Positions 1 through 12,280 of a stretch of DNA of 64,000 nt are shown here, one piece after another. Source of the DNA: Podarcis tiliguerta (Eukaryota); NCBI GenBank assembly GCA_965153285.1, contig OZ229115.1. The stretch is one strand, 5' to 3'. The position numbers and the translations under genes were made by a program. The notes beneath the pieces were generated by a model. It searched no databases, was not told where the DNA came from, and saw nothing but the letters and a program-made list of their open reading frames with translations. Position 1 is the stretch's first letter; the number at the start of each line of letters is the position of its first letter.

Positions 1-364
1 TTAGTCTTAAGGTGCAAGTATGTGTTTTAAAGACTAAAACCATTTCTGTTAATTTCACTGAGGCATAGTGGGAGAGATATCCTTAGTGCTGGAAAATAGC
101 TGGAAGCTGTACAAGGTAGGGCATTAAGAAAAGCTGCAAAAGAATTTTGGGGATGTCATAGAGTCATAGACAATAGAGAAGACCATAAAAAACACAATGT
201 CAATCTTCAATTGGAAGACAAGACAAGGGGCAGGACCTAACTGCTTAAAAAATGGAGGGGGGAGAATCATTTCAATAAAGAATGAAAACCCATGTTCTGA
301 CTAATGGATTCAAAGCAGGTGGAGGTAGAAGATTGATTTTCAATGACTTTGCTTCTGTTTTAAG

Positions 365-537
365 CAGTGATTTTTTTCTTAAAAAAAGTTTAGGGTACTC
401 TCATTTTGACTCAAGAAAATCACCATTTTATAGTTCAAATCTGGAAAAATAATTACAGTAAATGGACAAAAGTACAAAGATTCACAAAATGTTTAGGGGT
501 ATGCGTCCCCCTGCATCCCCCTAGAAAAAAAGAAATG
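365..537. mobile_element. Short non-autonomous DNA transposon (MITE-like), degenerate TIRs
   Basis: Left end CAGTGATTTTTTTTCT and right end AGAAAAAAAGAAATG are imperfect inverted repeats. Internal TTTAGGG(G)TA occurs near both ends. Resembles a common lizard repeat. Confidence 0.45.
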
Positions 538-1925
538 TTTTTAAGAGGCTTTCCCCTTAACAGAGACTTCAGCTATGGGCAGACTATTGAGCAGTGGAGG
601 ATGGAAGTGGTGCAAGGGATGAAAGTCCAAGAACACCAACATATGAATCTGCCATCAAGTTTATCTAATTTGGTCCTGTTCTTTATGGAATAAAATTAAG
701 GCTTCCTGGAAAAAAAGCATCAGATACAAAGCATGCACAACAATGGTCTAGTAGCTATTCAAAAAGACATTTTTGAATATGGTATTTTAGAAATGTAGAG
801 AGAATTTAGGAATCTATTAAAAACTGCTATGTGGTCAAATACAATGGAACAAAAAGCTGGATAGGCATACATCAAGCACAAACAGTTTGGGTTGGTGCTG
901 CTTCTCACTCAACATTTTTCCAGTTTAAAATGAACATTTAGAACTTGCAGGAATAATTCAAGAAGAGACTATAGACACATTGCACTAATTATGTTAACAT
1001 TAGCATGGAACATACTTGAGGTTAATAAACCAGTTATGAATAAATTTGAATATTTTGGGTGTACTGCATTGACAAACACAGGATGCTAGAGCTAAGCCTC
1101 CAGAATTATGTTTTGACCCAGTAAAAGTGGAATAGTGTAGTAACTGCTTCATGGAATATTTGTGGAAGAAGCGTGGAGTCCTGAAGTAACAGCAGTGTTA
1201 TATTCAGTGGCACTAGCACAATAGAAATATCTGAAATGAACTGAGACATCAGTGTCAATGACATCTTAAAGAGGTGGCGATGGATAAACAGGGCAAGCCT
1301 TCTTCTTCTGTGATTCATCAACATGCAAGAGGGGAGAGCGAGGATGACCATGCTAGTTCTGCCCCCATTGCTCTCTATGAGCTGGAGAGGGAACTTCTGC
1401 AGCAGGAAAACTTTTCTTCTCAAGTAGGCTCCTTGCAATATTTAGAACCACAGAAAATATGGGTTCTATATCATGCATGAGTAGAGAAGGTTCCCTGGCC
1501 CAGGAGTTATCCCTCCAATTCATGGAGGGAGATTGGCTGCTGGTGGTAGAAAGTTGTACATGTTATCTCACACTCCCCTCTTGCATCTTGTGGAGATGTA
1601 GAAGTAGAACATATGAATAGGATAGTAGAGTCAGTTATATGGGGTAAGATAGTCACAGAACCATAACACAGCTCAAACGTGAAGTATGAGCTGGTTCACA
1701 TGACCTGCTAAGCCAAATCTTGGGTTTTAATTTCATCACCAAAGTCCCTTCACCACTGAAAAAAAAGACAGCAGTAGGGCTTTCCATCAAGAGAGATAAC
1801 ATAGACAGGGTTGAATGGGTTTCAAGGAGGAGCTAACAGATCTGTTCTACAGCCATCTCTCTCTGGACCAATTCAGAAAATATGCAAAAGCACTGAAAAG
1901 AGGATACCTTCCCCACACTTCCAAT

Positions 1926-2701
1926 TAGGGTGACAACTGGTTTTCAATATATCACCAGCTAAACATTGTGATATATTGCTATGTCACGATATCTGAAACA
2001 AAGAAGGAACCACACAGAAGTGAACAGGAAAATGTCCTGGCAACTGCCACTACTTAGGGTCCAAAACAGATAAATTATGATATTATCAATCACCTCATCA
2101 TGATCACTTTGATCAGCAGGCAAGCCAAAACGCAAGCTGAAAATGCAAGTTGGATGGAACTATACAGAGGCAAGTTGCCAGGACATTGTCCTGCTTACCT
2201 CTGTATAGTTCCATCCTTATTTCAGACATTGTGGTAGATTGCAATGTTTATCTGCTGATAACATTGCAGTGTTTAGCTGGTGAGTTATCGCAATGTTCAG
2301 CTGGTGAGTTATCATGATGTTGAAAACTAGATATCACCTAGCCCTTACACACATTGTGATTCGCAATATGCAGTGGTACCTCAGGTTAAGTACTTAATTC
2401 GTTCCGGAGGTCCGTACTTAACCTGAAACTGTTCTTAACCTGAAGCACCACTTTAGCTAATGGGGCCGCCTGCTGCTGCCGCACCGCCGGAGCCCGATTT
2501 CTGTTCTCATCCTGAAGCAAAGTTCTTAACCTGAAGCACTATTTCTGGGTTAGTGGAGTCTGTAACCTGAAGCGTGTGTAACCTGAAGCATATGTAACCC
2601 GAGGTACCACTGTATTGCCAGCTCAAATATTATGAAACAATTATCATGATGTGAACTTCAAACCGGTTTTGGACAATAGATTAATATATCACCCAGCCCT
2701 A
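1926..2701. mobile_element. Degenerate hAT-like non-autonomous element (TAGGG...CCCTA ends) with a large internal inverted repeat, interrupted by a younger MITE
   Basis: 1926-2050 is an imperfect reverse complement of about 2170-2346 (e.g. AATGTCCTGGCAACT vs AGTTGCCAGGACATT). A terminal ATATCACCCAGCCCTA ends at 2701. Confidence 0.55.
2371..2612 (+). mobile_element. Tc1/mariner (Tigger/pogo-like) MITE, family A, copy 1
   Basis: TIRs CAGTGGTACCTC...GAGGTACCACTG; TA on the right and TG on the left; internal TAACCTGAAG repeats; 4 more copies in the window. Confidence 0.9.
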
Positions 2702-3588
2702 CTTTCAATTTAACTATCTAAGGCTAAACAGAAACCTCCATATCTTCCTACAGTCTTCTGTGCATACTCCCCACAGGAGAAGTCCCCACTTTGAATATTA
2801 TGCTAAAACAAAGGAACAGGATGCAAGAGCCACCTGTGTCATCCTTTTTGGCACCTCTGAATAACACCAGGAGTAACTCTTTGATGAGAAGTGTTGTAGC
2901 ATAGGGACTGGGATTGTATTCGGATTGGATTCACAAAACTCTTTCTACTGAAAGATGCTTTTATTCAGACACCTTGCAGAAAATATCCACACGAATTGCA
3001 CTAATGCAAGTGATTCATGTACCTTAGGAGAGTGTCTTTCATCATAAGATTAGACTACTCTCTCACTACCTTCATCTCTGTCTCACATGGTCATAAAAAT
3101 TCTTTCAGATGTGTGATGACTGAAGTTAAGGAACTGCCATAGGAAATAGGATTACAAGGCAAAACTTCTCCTTTGAGGGGTTTTTCTGGCTTTCTTCTAC
3201 GTTTTTACTCCAGACACTCAGTAGCTGACAAAAACTTTTATTTCATTTTTTTAAAAATGAATGTTGTAGGTAGCAAGCCAAAGTTGGTGGAATTATTAAG
3301 CCCAGATATAAAAATCCTTAAGTCAGTGCCTCTAAAATTGTGCCTTTGTTATTTTTCCTCCAATTCCCAAGCCTTTAGCACAGGTTATTAAACTCACTTG
3401 TTTTTCTGAATCATTCAGTTTTCAGGATTCTAATAAGAACCTGAAATATTCAGTTCTCCACAACTGTCCAGTTTTATCCATACTAGAAAGGAGTCACTTC
3501 ACAGAACACACACTATTCTAGACCCAGCAAACTCAAGCAGTGTGTTGGAAAATCAACCATGCTAAACATACACACCCATTACCTACAA

Positions 3589-3704
3589 CAGCCTTCCCCA
3601 ACCTGTACTCGAAATCACATCATCTCTGACCACTGGCCATGCTGGCAGGGGCTGATGGGAGTTTTAGTTCAGCAACAGCTGGAGGTTGCCTGTTCTTACC
3701 CTGG
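3589..3704. mobile_element. Palindromic hAT-type MITE (family C), degenerate
   Basis: CTGACCACTGGCCATGCTGGCAGGGGCTGATGGGAGTTTTAGTTCAGCAACAGCTGGAGG matches the copies at 62369 and 63055. Confidence 0.65.
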
Positions 3705-6228
3705 CTTAAGTTCATCTTCAATGGTAAGCACTCACGACTTCCTACATTTTTCTTCTCACTTTCCTCTTTTTAAGTAACATGAGCCATGTAAGAATCCTAC
3801 CCAGCTTCCAAAATGTCTCTTATCTTCATACACCAATGTACTTTTCACAATGGCTGTATCCTAGCACTCTATTATTAAGGAATAGGTATATCAAGCAGAG
3901 GCCGGAGAAGGAAAACAAGAACAGAACATGAAGGAATGCTCTGTCTTATCGTGCAGACAGATAGTGAGGGGACCCCCCAAAAAATAATAATAATGGGAAA
4001 ACCCACAGGTTAAAGGGCTTTGCCCAACACAGAATTTTAAATTCTGGCCTTCAGTATTCTCATTAAGTACACTTGGGGCTGAGAGGGTGAGCAAAAGTAA
4101 GACTGAAACACAGAAATGAAATAATTTTGACACAACCGCGCTCCAGTAGTCTGGCCATTAGGAGAAGAATGGAGCTGAATGTGGAAAGAATCCATTATTC
4201 TTTCAATAGCGTCTGGTGCAGCTAAATATGTGCTCACATACTCTCCTTCCTGAAAAGCTTAAAAAAAAATTCAATAGCTGCTTGGCCTGGGAAAGAGGTG
4301 TTCACTGAAACGCTAAGGCATGGACCAAGCACAGAGCAGTACTCTACCTGATGAACAATATGTTTCAAGTACTCTTAAAACGAAAGGCTGCAGGAGAAAA
4401 GGGAGTCTGAAGAGGTCCTGTTCTCAGGGGTTCTTTTTAGATATTCTATCTGGTGGCTGCCCTTCGGGTGAAATGTTCCAGCCACAACCCTAGCCCATTC
4501 TACTTCAAGAATTGAAAAATGGGGCCCCTCTGAAAATAATCAGGCTTGCTGAAAAGCCTTTCTTGCACAAATAGTTTTAATTATAATGCAAACAGAATTT
4601 GGCATCCCTCCCCCACCTAGGTTCTAGCTGAATTTATAGTACCCTGAGATTCTGTTATTACTGTTCTATCTGGCCAAGACTCAGAGTTTCAAGTGGGGAG
4701 CTCAAAGATATTCAACAATGTTCACTTTATTTGACCATAGCTTATCCAATGAGTGTGATGTTCAACTTTAAAACACTTTAAAAATAAGTGACGCTTACAG
4801 CAGATGCAATGCAAGGAATCTGATAGTCCCTGGATTATTATATCAATAACTGCTATAGTATTTTAAAGCACATAAGCAGTTTTGGCATCTTTTCTTGGCC
4901 ATCCTCACAATCCATTATGCACTTCGGCTAGTATTCAGTGGCAAGCAAAATTTTGCACCATCTTTATTCCAGTTTTATTGCAACAATTTATTTAGTTGGG
5001 CATGTTTCACCCCACAATCAATTCCTATTTTTTGAACAGCAGTTTGAAACTGTGCCCCCTTTCTTTTTCTTTGTTTTTAAAAAGGTTTTCTTCAGTTTTC
5101 AGACGGCATCCCCTTTCCTTCTGCTCATCCTCAGAGTCAACGTGAAAAATAACAAGATAATCCTATTGTACACGTGGGGAGCCAAAGATGAAAGGTAATG
5201 ACTTGCCAATAATAGCTGAAACATATAGACAATGGTCATGATCCAACAAGCTCCTTCATATGCCCACCAGATTTCTCTCAGGATCATTTGCAATCCACAT
5301 GCTGTACACATTTCATATATAGTCTCAATACACTATTGCAACCAAGCTGAAGTGCATGTTACTAAAGTGATTGACTAGAGTTCTCCAGCTTACATCTGCC
5401 TTCCCTTCTGTTTCCCATTGTGTCTATTTTTAGATTCTAAGCCTCTTGGGGTATGGACTTGTGAAATATACAGTTTGAGGAAAACACCATATATATTTAA
5501 ATTATTTATTGATACATTCATTTATTTAAATTATTCATACCCTACATTTTGGTATGCCTTTCCTTCCAAGATGTCTTACAAGTAATAACATTGCCATGGT
5601 TTTATTAAGGTAGCAACTAACCACAACCTTCCCCACAGGATTATTGGTGGTAATAGGTCAGGGAGGAGGAAACAGAAGGGCCAATCCAGCTCTTCCCCTG
5701 CTTTTCTTTCTCTCTCTCCTGGGAACATTCCCAAAGGGCAGTTGATAGCAGAACTGCCTATGGGGGCAGGGGGGGGGGGGGAGAGAGAAGCAGTACAGTC
5801 CTGCTAGAACACGTATTTTCTTTGCTTACCTGCCTCTTTCATCTTCCTGCCTCCCACTTCTCAAATCCTTTGCATATGACAATTTGGAGAGCAGCTGGGG
5901 GAGGCTCCAAGGTGGTCTTTGCCTTCCTCCTTCGCTCTCTTCTTGAATCATTCTCCATAAATACATACATACTTTTTTCCTACACCCGGGTTATTATTGT
6001 GTGGAAATACTTGTTTTGACTTATGCTTCCATCTGACTAGCCTAGAATCAGAACCAGACTCTTGAAGTGGCTTGTCTAGTTTCTTGCTGTGCATTCAGCA
6101 ACTGGAGAGAACTAACTTTCACCTTTCAGTTGTTGACTATTTATGTTCCACAAGGCATGAAGATGGTGGCCATCAAACAGGGTAAAAGCTGATATAGTGT
6201 CTCACTCTTTTATTCCGTTCTCCAGTTA

Positions 6229-6480
6229 CAGTACAACCTCTACTTATGATCATAATCTGTTCTGGAGGCCCGGCCGCTGGGCGAAACCAGACTCTAGTAG
6301 AGGTGCCATTGTGCGCATGGACATTAAGCACCAGCGTGCTTCTGCGCATGCGTAGAGGCGGCAGCCGCCGCTTCCGTGCATGCGCGAATTGCAGCAAACC
6401 CAGTGTTTACTTCTGGGTTTGCCACGGTCGCAACTTGGAACGTCCGCGAGAAGAGGCAGATGTAAGTCGAGGTTCCACTG
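6229..6480 (+). mobile_element. Tc1/mariner (Tigger-like) MITE, family B, CpG-rich
   Basis: TA|CAGTACAACCTC...GAGGTTCCACTG|TA; internal TGCGCATG repeats. Confidence 0.85.
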
Positions 6481-8457
6481 TACTTGGCCTGTCAGGGAAA
6501 CTAAAGAGAAATAATACTTGCACATGAGCTCTCTCTTCTGTGCTACCAATCAAATTAATAATAAAACCACAAGAGCAATTCTGGTTGGGGACCAACTGAA
6601 CAACAGTCAGAAGATGATTCAGTGGATTTTCCACCAATAAAAGGAGGATTTTAAAAATATCATCAGTAAATGTCCTAAATGACCTCACAAGCAACCCACT
6701 AGTTCATGTTTCCTGCTGATATTTAATTTGCTGTTTCGACCTGATGGTGCTGAGTTTCACCACAGTGAATAGCATTGGCCACGCACAACATTCCCTCAGC
6801 AGCCAGTGCAGTAAGTGTAGCAAATTGGCATTATGTAATTCCAGTTAGTTCAATCAATACCAAATGTAGCTAAGTTTAAAAACAATGAGATCACTTTTGA
6901 GTATTCTTTCAAACTGCCTGCATTTGTAGACAAAATGAGTAACAGCCCTATCTGTCCTAGGCTTCTTGGAGTAAGACAAATCAATAGTAGCTTGCAAAAT
7001 GAAAATAAAATGATCACACAGGTAGCTGAAAAAATAAATCCCACAAGGGGGCGGGGGAATTCCTGTACCCACCTTAAAAATGCTGTGCTAGATAGTAACA
7101 GAAGCTGCAAAAAGAGCTTAAGATGAGTTTAGTCACAGTCTTGGGTCTCTCAAGGATTGAGGACATTTAACTTTTTAGGAAGGAACAGCCACATGCCTCA
7201 CATTACTCTTGCAGTGCTTCATGTAATATTTCTTCTCTATTCTGCTTCCTTACATTTGTCAATATATTTCCAGCCAGGGCAGGGGTGTTAACTCACTTTG
7301 CATTCCAGTCTGCTTTGCGTCATGGAGTTCCGCAGCCCGTTGATGAGTAACATATGTCTAACATGTGGCCGAGAAGATTCAGGCCGTGTTCAAATAGGCA
7401 TGGATAACTCTTCTGACCTCTGACTCAGCCTTCTGCGCCATCCCAGCAGCACAGTAAAATGCGGCTAGACAGCTTAGGAACAGTCCACTAAGAGGATGCT
7501 GCCCAAATTCAAAAGATCAATACCTTATATATCTCTCTCTCACACACAGGCCTATTCAAACTTAATAAAAAAGGAACATTTATGATTCACCAGTGTTCAC
7601 ATTCTCACCAGGAAATTTGACACTGCTTTCCCACCCTCAATAGTGTCTCTTAAGGTACACAGTTGCACACTTGTACGTTTGGATGTACCAGGAGCTCACA
7701 CAGGCCAAGCATCATCTATTAATATCTGTGTTACAGTAAGAGGCAGAAAGCCACCAGGATATTGTCTCCCATATGACCAACATGCAGCTGTTTCATACAC
7801 TATAGAGAAGCGGGACACTTAAATTCAACAACTCTGGCCCAAGTGAATTCCTTATTCCTTATTCAATTCTAGGCAAAAAGTCCACATTCTGTGTGCACAT
7901 GCAACAAATAAAAAAAAATTGATATGTATATGTGCATGCATGTGCAGACACACTCACTCATGTTCACAGAAGAGTGAAAAAGGTGGACCATTAAGATGTC
8001 GATGTGGTTCTGCAACTTTGGCATTTATCCCAAGCAAGATCTAGCATGCTACATATCTTTTCAGGCAGCCAATGAGGATACATCTGTTTTGCTGAGACTT
8101 CCATTATCGGAAGAGTTTATAGCTAATTTAAACTAGTTAATGAGGTTTTGACTTTTTTATATAGTTTAAACTACTGAAGTAGTTTCTAGCTTGCTTTCAA
8201 AACATTGGACGCCCCCCCCGCCATGCACAGCTGTTTGCACTTGAGGGAAATTGCTTTGGTATTCATTATTATTGATACAGTCTTCTCTATGAACTGCAGC
8301 ATCCATAGATAGGAACATAGGGGCCTAATCAGCCCTCTCCCTCACATTTCTTCAGGTATGCATGGATTTTATAGGAATACATGCACAGCTTTCAGTTCTA
8401 CAAAAGATGTGCAGAACTTCAATGGGGGAAGGGAGAGGGGCACATACAGAGGATATA

Positions 8458-8672
8458 CAGTGGTACCTCAGGTTACAGATGCTTCAGGTTACAGACTCTG
8501 CTAACCCAGAAATAGTACCTTGGGTTAAGAACTTTGCTTCAGGATGAGAACAGAAATCGCGGGGTGGCAGCAGGAAGACCCATTAGCTAAAGTGGTACCT
8601 CAGGTTAAGAACAGTTTCAGGTTAAGAACGGACCTCCAAAACGAATTAAGTTCTTAACCCGAGGTACCACTG
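8458..8672 (-). mobile_element. Tc1/mariner MITE, family A, copy 2 (opposite orientation to copy 1)
   Basis: TA|CAGTGGTACCTC...GAGGTACCACTG|TA with TA duplication. Confidence 0.92.
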
Positions 8673-8740
8673 TATAGCTCCATAAGAGGACTTATGCTTT
8701 GCATGCAGAAGGTCCCAGGTCCAATATCTGACAATACCAG
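8673..8740 (+). mobile_element. tRNA-derived (Squam3-like) SINE head fragment
   Basis: TATAGCTC...TGCTTTGCATGCAGAAGGTCCCAGGT; similar to 15672 and to the minus copies at 47250 and 57618. Confidence 0.5.
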
Positions 8741-11459
8741 AACTTTTGTTCTATTGCCTATTATTAGTGTAAGAGTTTGTGTCAACATCACATAGGGAGG
8801 TCCTTTGTTTATGCATTTATTTTATTTATTTATATTGATAATGCGAGAGATTAGGGGGTCCTGAGTTTGGTTGGTTGCATTCAGTTGATTGCAGTGTGGC
8901 TTGCTTATATGTGTGTGGAGGGGGCAGGTTGTTGGGTCAGGCTAGCCATATTGATTTGTATGCTGTTGGTGGTGGGGGGGGTTATTGTCTTGTTGTGCTG
9001 TGTGTCAGTCTCTACAGCCACAGCAGGCGCTGTAACCTTCCAACAGTTTGACTTCACGCCCAAAGGCACATTCCTCCATTGTCTTCCGAGACAGACGGAT
9101 GCCAACCAACCAGTGTAGATGGATCAATGGTCTGACTCTGCATGAGGCATCTTTCTGTGCTCCTTTGAGATCCCTTAACTTGAATAAGGAAACAGGACAA
9201 CCCTGAAGTATTTGGTGTCACTACCAGGATCAGTTCATAGCATTGATGCCAAGTACAAATAGTGAACCAAGGTGCCCCTCAAATTTGAAGAAAAATATAT
9301 GCATCCAAACACTCACAGAAGGTTCTCCATCACAAATCCACACTCTGCAAAGGAGGTTAGAGTTAAGGCAAACTGATGACTCACTCCATGGGCACACTAT
9401 TGTAAAATCAGGCACACAGCCAACTATAAAGTTTGATTTTTTTAAATAATAATAATATTTTTTTTAAAGAAATCTCTTCCAAATGATTCTTTTCTGGTAA
9501 TTTTCCCAGGATATTTAGACAGAGCTTGTGGCTGTTGCAGGCAGCTTGGGACAGGAGTGTACCAAAAGCATAGCAAACTATATTTTAAAAATCAGCACTT
9601 AGTCTGACATGCATAGAATTCCATCCTCCAACCACTTATGGCAAATAGCTAAACTGCCAATAAAGGGGGCAGGGGAGAGGAATCCTCTGAATCTACCAAA
9701 GGGTGGGTGGGTGGAGCGGGGGGTGGTGGTGGATCTTTTAGCTATTTAACATGCCCTTCTCACTAGTTACCCCTTTTCTAATCATGGTGATTTATGATGC
9801 CTTGGAGGAAACCGTAAAAACCTCAACATTGACATAAAACCCAAAATTAACCTGAAATATGTACTTTATAGCAGCTACACTCTGTTATGGTATTATGCTC
9901 CAAAGATACAAAAGGAGTCAAGTTGGCTTTTAGAGGAGGAATTTAAAGAGAAGACCGTGGCAAAAAAATTAAAAATGTTGCAAGTGAACCCAAGGGTTGA
10001 TGTTTTCTTTTGTTTTAATTTAGGTTTTGTCTTTATTTTATATTCATTTTAAGTGGAGTTACCCGAACCAAAAGTCCCCATGATCTACCAACATTTGTAT
10101 GTGTGTTTATCGCTGCACTTAAAGAGGTTTTCATCTATTTCCCTCACATTAAGAACTTCAAGAGGACTATTTTCATTTGCATCTTGAGACTAGGGAAAAG
10201 GGGGGTACCCCAGACACCCTGTTTCAAATACATGATGAGTATGATCTTTTAAAAGAAGGCTGCACTGTCACTTCAAAGCCATTCTTGCAATTACCCCATA
10301 CATTTATATAGGAGGTATTCTTTTCTGTATGAGGTAATGAGTAGTCCGGATTGTCACTGTGATTTATTAGCACATCCTCTGGAAGCAGCACTGCACCTGC
10401 ATTTGCACAGATGGAACACCCACGAAGGCGGATGGTTTATTAGGGACAGCTCATCCTCAAACAACCCAGCAGCATTTTAAAAGGAAATGCTCCAAATTTA
10501 GACCTGCTCCAACAGGTGTCTTTTACTGTGTTTCTTTGTGAAACCGTAAATGTCTTAAGGTGAGGCAAACAATTCCCTGCCCATAATAATCACTCTTTGA
10601 AAACAAATATATCAGCCCCCACATCCTTGAGGGGGGAGGGAGGAACGAAGGCCAATGGAATTCTCATTATTTCCTCAACCCCATGGCTTGCCAAAATGCT
10701 TAAAGAGATGGAGTTTGGTGAAGTGAAGCTTCTGTGGGGTCGGAGGACACTGAACAGAAGTCAGGAAAAATGGGCAGGGCTAGCTGCTGCCCTGCTTTGA
10801 CCAATAGGGCATAAGGGGTGAGGGTGGAGGTGGTGCGAAGATGTCAGAGGCAAGGGATCCAGAATGAAATGGAGTCCATGGTCACTTTAAGGCAAATATT
10901 TGTCCATGGACACAAAAGAGGGTACCTGGATATATTTTATCTGTGAGCTTAAGAAGATTTGTGCAGTACATGAGCAGATGATAGGCCTAAATCTCGCAAG
11001 CATAACTCTGTGTTGGATCTACGACATAGAATTTAGAATTGAGTTGCAGGTTATGTGTGTAGCTCTATTTTAAATATAATATCTGAGCTCATCATATTCT
11101 ATAGCAGAATAATATTGACCTCTAAGTAAATATTGCAGACATTTCAATTTTCAAAATACGGGGGGGGGGGGACCCAACAGGATCCTCACCGTCATTTTTT
11201 TTTTTTTTAGAAAGTTAAGATCTCTAGTGCAACAGAACCTGAACAGCTACATGCTAATGTTAATTTATGTCAATTTATAAAATGCATATAGGGCTTAATA
11301 TAAAAAATATATATTTAAGCAGCTTATATAAAATATTTGATATTATCATCAGATCAGTCACTATTTCAACAGGTTTGGTCTCTTCCATATAAGCTCCAGC
11401 AATTTTACAGATAATCACCATATTCTGCTCCAATTTCTAAACAGTTTGGAACCAGGATT

Positions 11460-11720
11460 CCTCATGGATTGCCTTCTTCTATATAAACCTGCCCACACAA
11501 GTTACCTTTGAAGGCCTGGCTTCAGACTCCCATTCTGCCAGAAGTGCAAGGATGATGACACAAGTTTGGTGCTTCTACTGAACAGACCCTAAATTAAATA
11601 ACATCTTCCTCAGGGAGCCCCACTTTTCTACTTCTTTGTTAGTTTTTAGACATCAGGTGATGACAGTTTTAGTCAAGAGGGTGTTTGGGACTAACTGAAT
11701 AAACTATTGCAGCTTTTAAT
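11460..11720 (+). mobile_element. Highly decayed L2 LINE 3' fragment
   Basis: Resembles the L2 ORF2 C-terminus copies at 54044 and 55410 (CTATATAAACCTGCCCA...GAAGGCC...GAAGTGC). Confidence 0.4.
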
Positions 11721-11772
11721 TTATTTTAGTAGTTGTTACTGAGGACATTGGTTTGGGGGAGACAAACCGTGA

Positions 11773-11937
11773 GCCCGGGTTCAGATGTAACATTAAGCCA
11801 ATCCATCACTTAACTTCTTGCAGTGCAGCAAGAGCAAGGGAGAAATAAAGCAACTGCAGTTTTCCAAATAAGCACGAGCACACATACTTGTTAAACTTAG
11901 CCATGGTTTAGCTTAGTGTCATGCTCAAACTGAGCCA
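11773..11937. mobile_element. Palindromic MITE (Harbinger-like)
   Basis: GGTTCAGATGTAACATTAAGCCAA and TTAGCTTAGTGTCATGCTCAAACTG are imperfect inverted ends. Confidence 0.4.
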
Positions 11938-12163
11938 GTGGCTTACAAGGTATAAGTAAACTGCATGAAGGAAGCAGTATGTTTCCCCACTCTAAGATCT
12001 AATTGAGAAAAACTTGTGGTGGTTCTATCTCTAATTAAGTTGGTAGCCACAATGGAAAGGGCACTCTTGGTGGTGGCTCCCAGGTTACAGAACCAGCTTT
12101 CTGTCAAGTTCAGGAACTTGATTTTTAAAAACAGACTTTTTATAAAATATCTATTTATCTAGA

Positions 12164-12280
12164 TCAGGGGAGACAATGTGGTTTACTTCCAATATTCATG
12201 GACTCCAAATGCCATCAACTCAAGATACTTTGGTCAATAATCAGGGATAGTTGGAGTTGTACTTCAACAACATCTGGATG
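12164..12280. mobile_element. Palindromic hAT-type MITE (family C), degenerate
   Basis: TCAGGGATAGTTGGAGTTGTACTTCAACAACATCTGGA. Confidence 0.5.

Noticed and set aside
2371-2612. CRISPR-like or other prokaryotic repeat array (recurring TAACCTGAAG units)
   Set aside because: These are subterminal repeats of a TA-flanked MITE in a vertebrate genome. There is no spacer regularity and there are no cas genes.
7340-7416. C/D-box snoRNA-like spacing (TGATGA ... CTGA)
   Set aside because: It is antisense to the host gene EIF2B3 and has no terminal stem.
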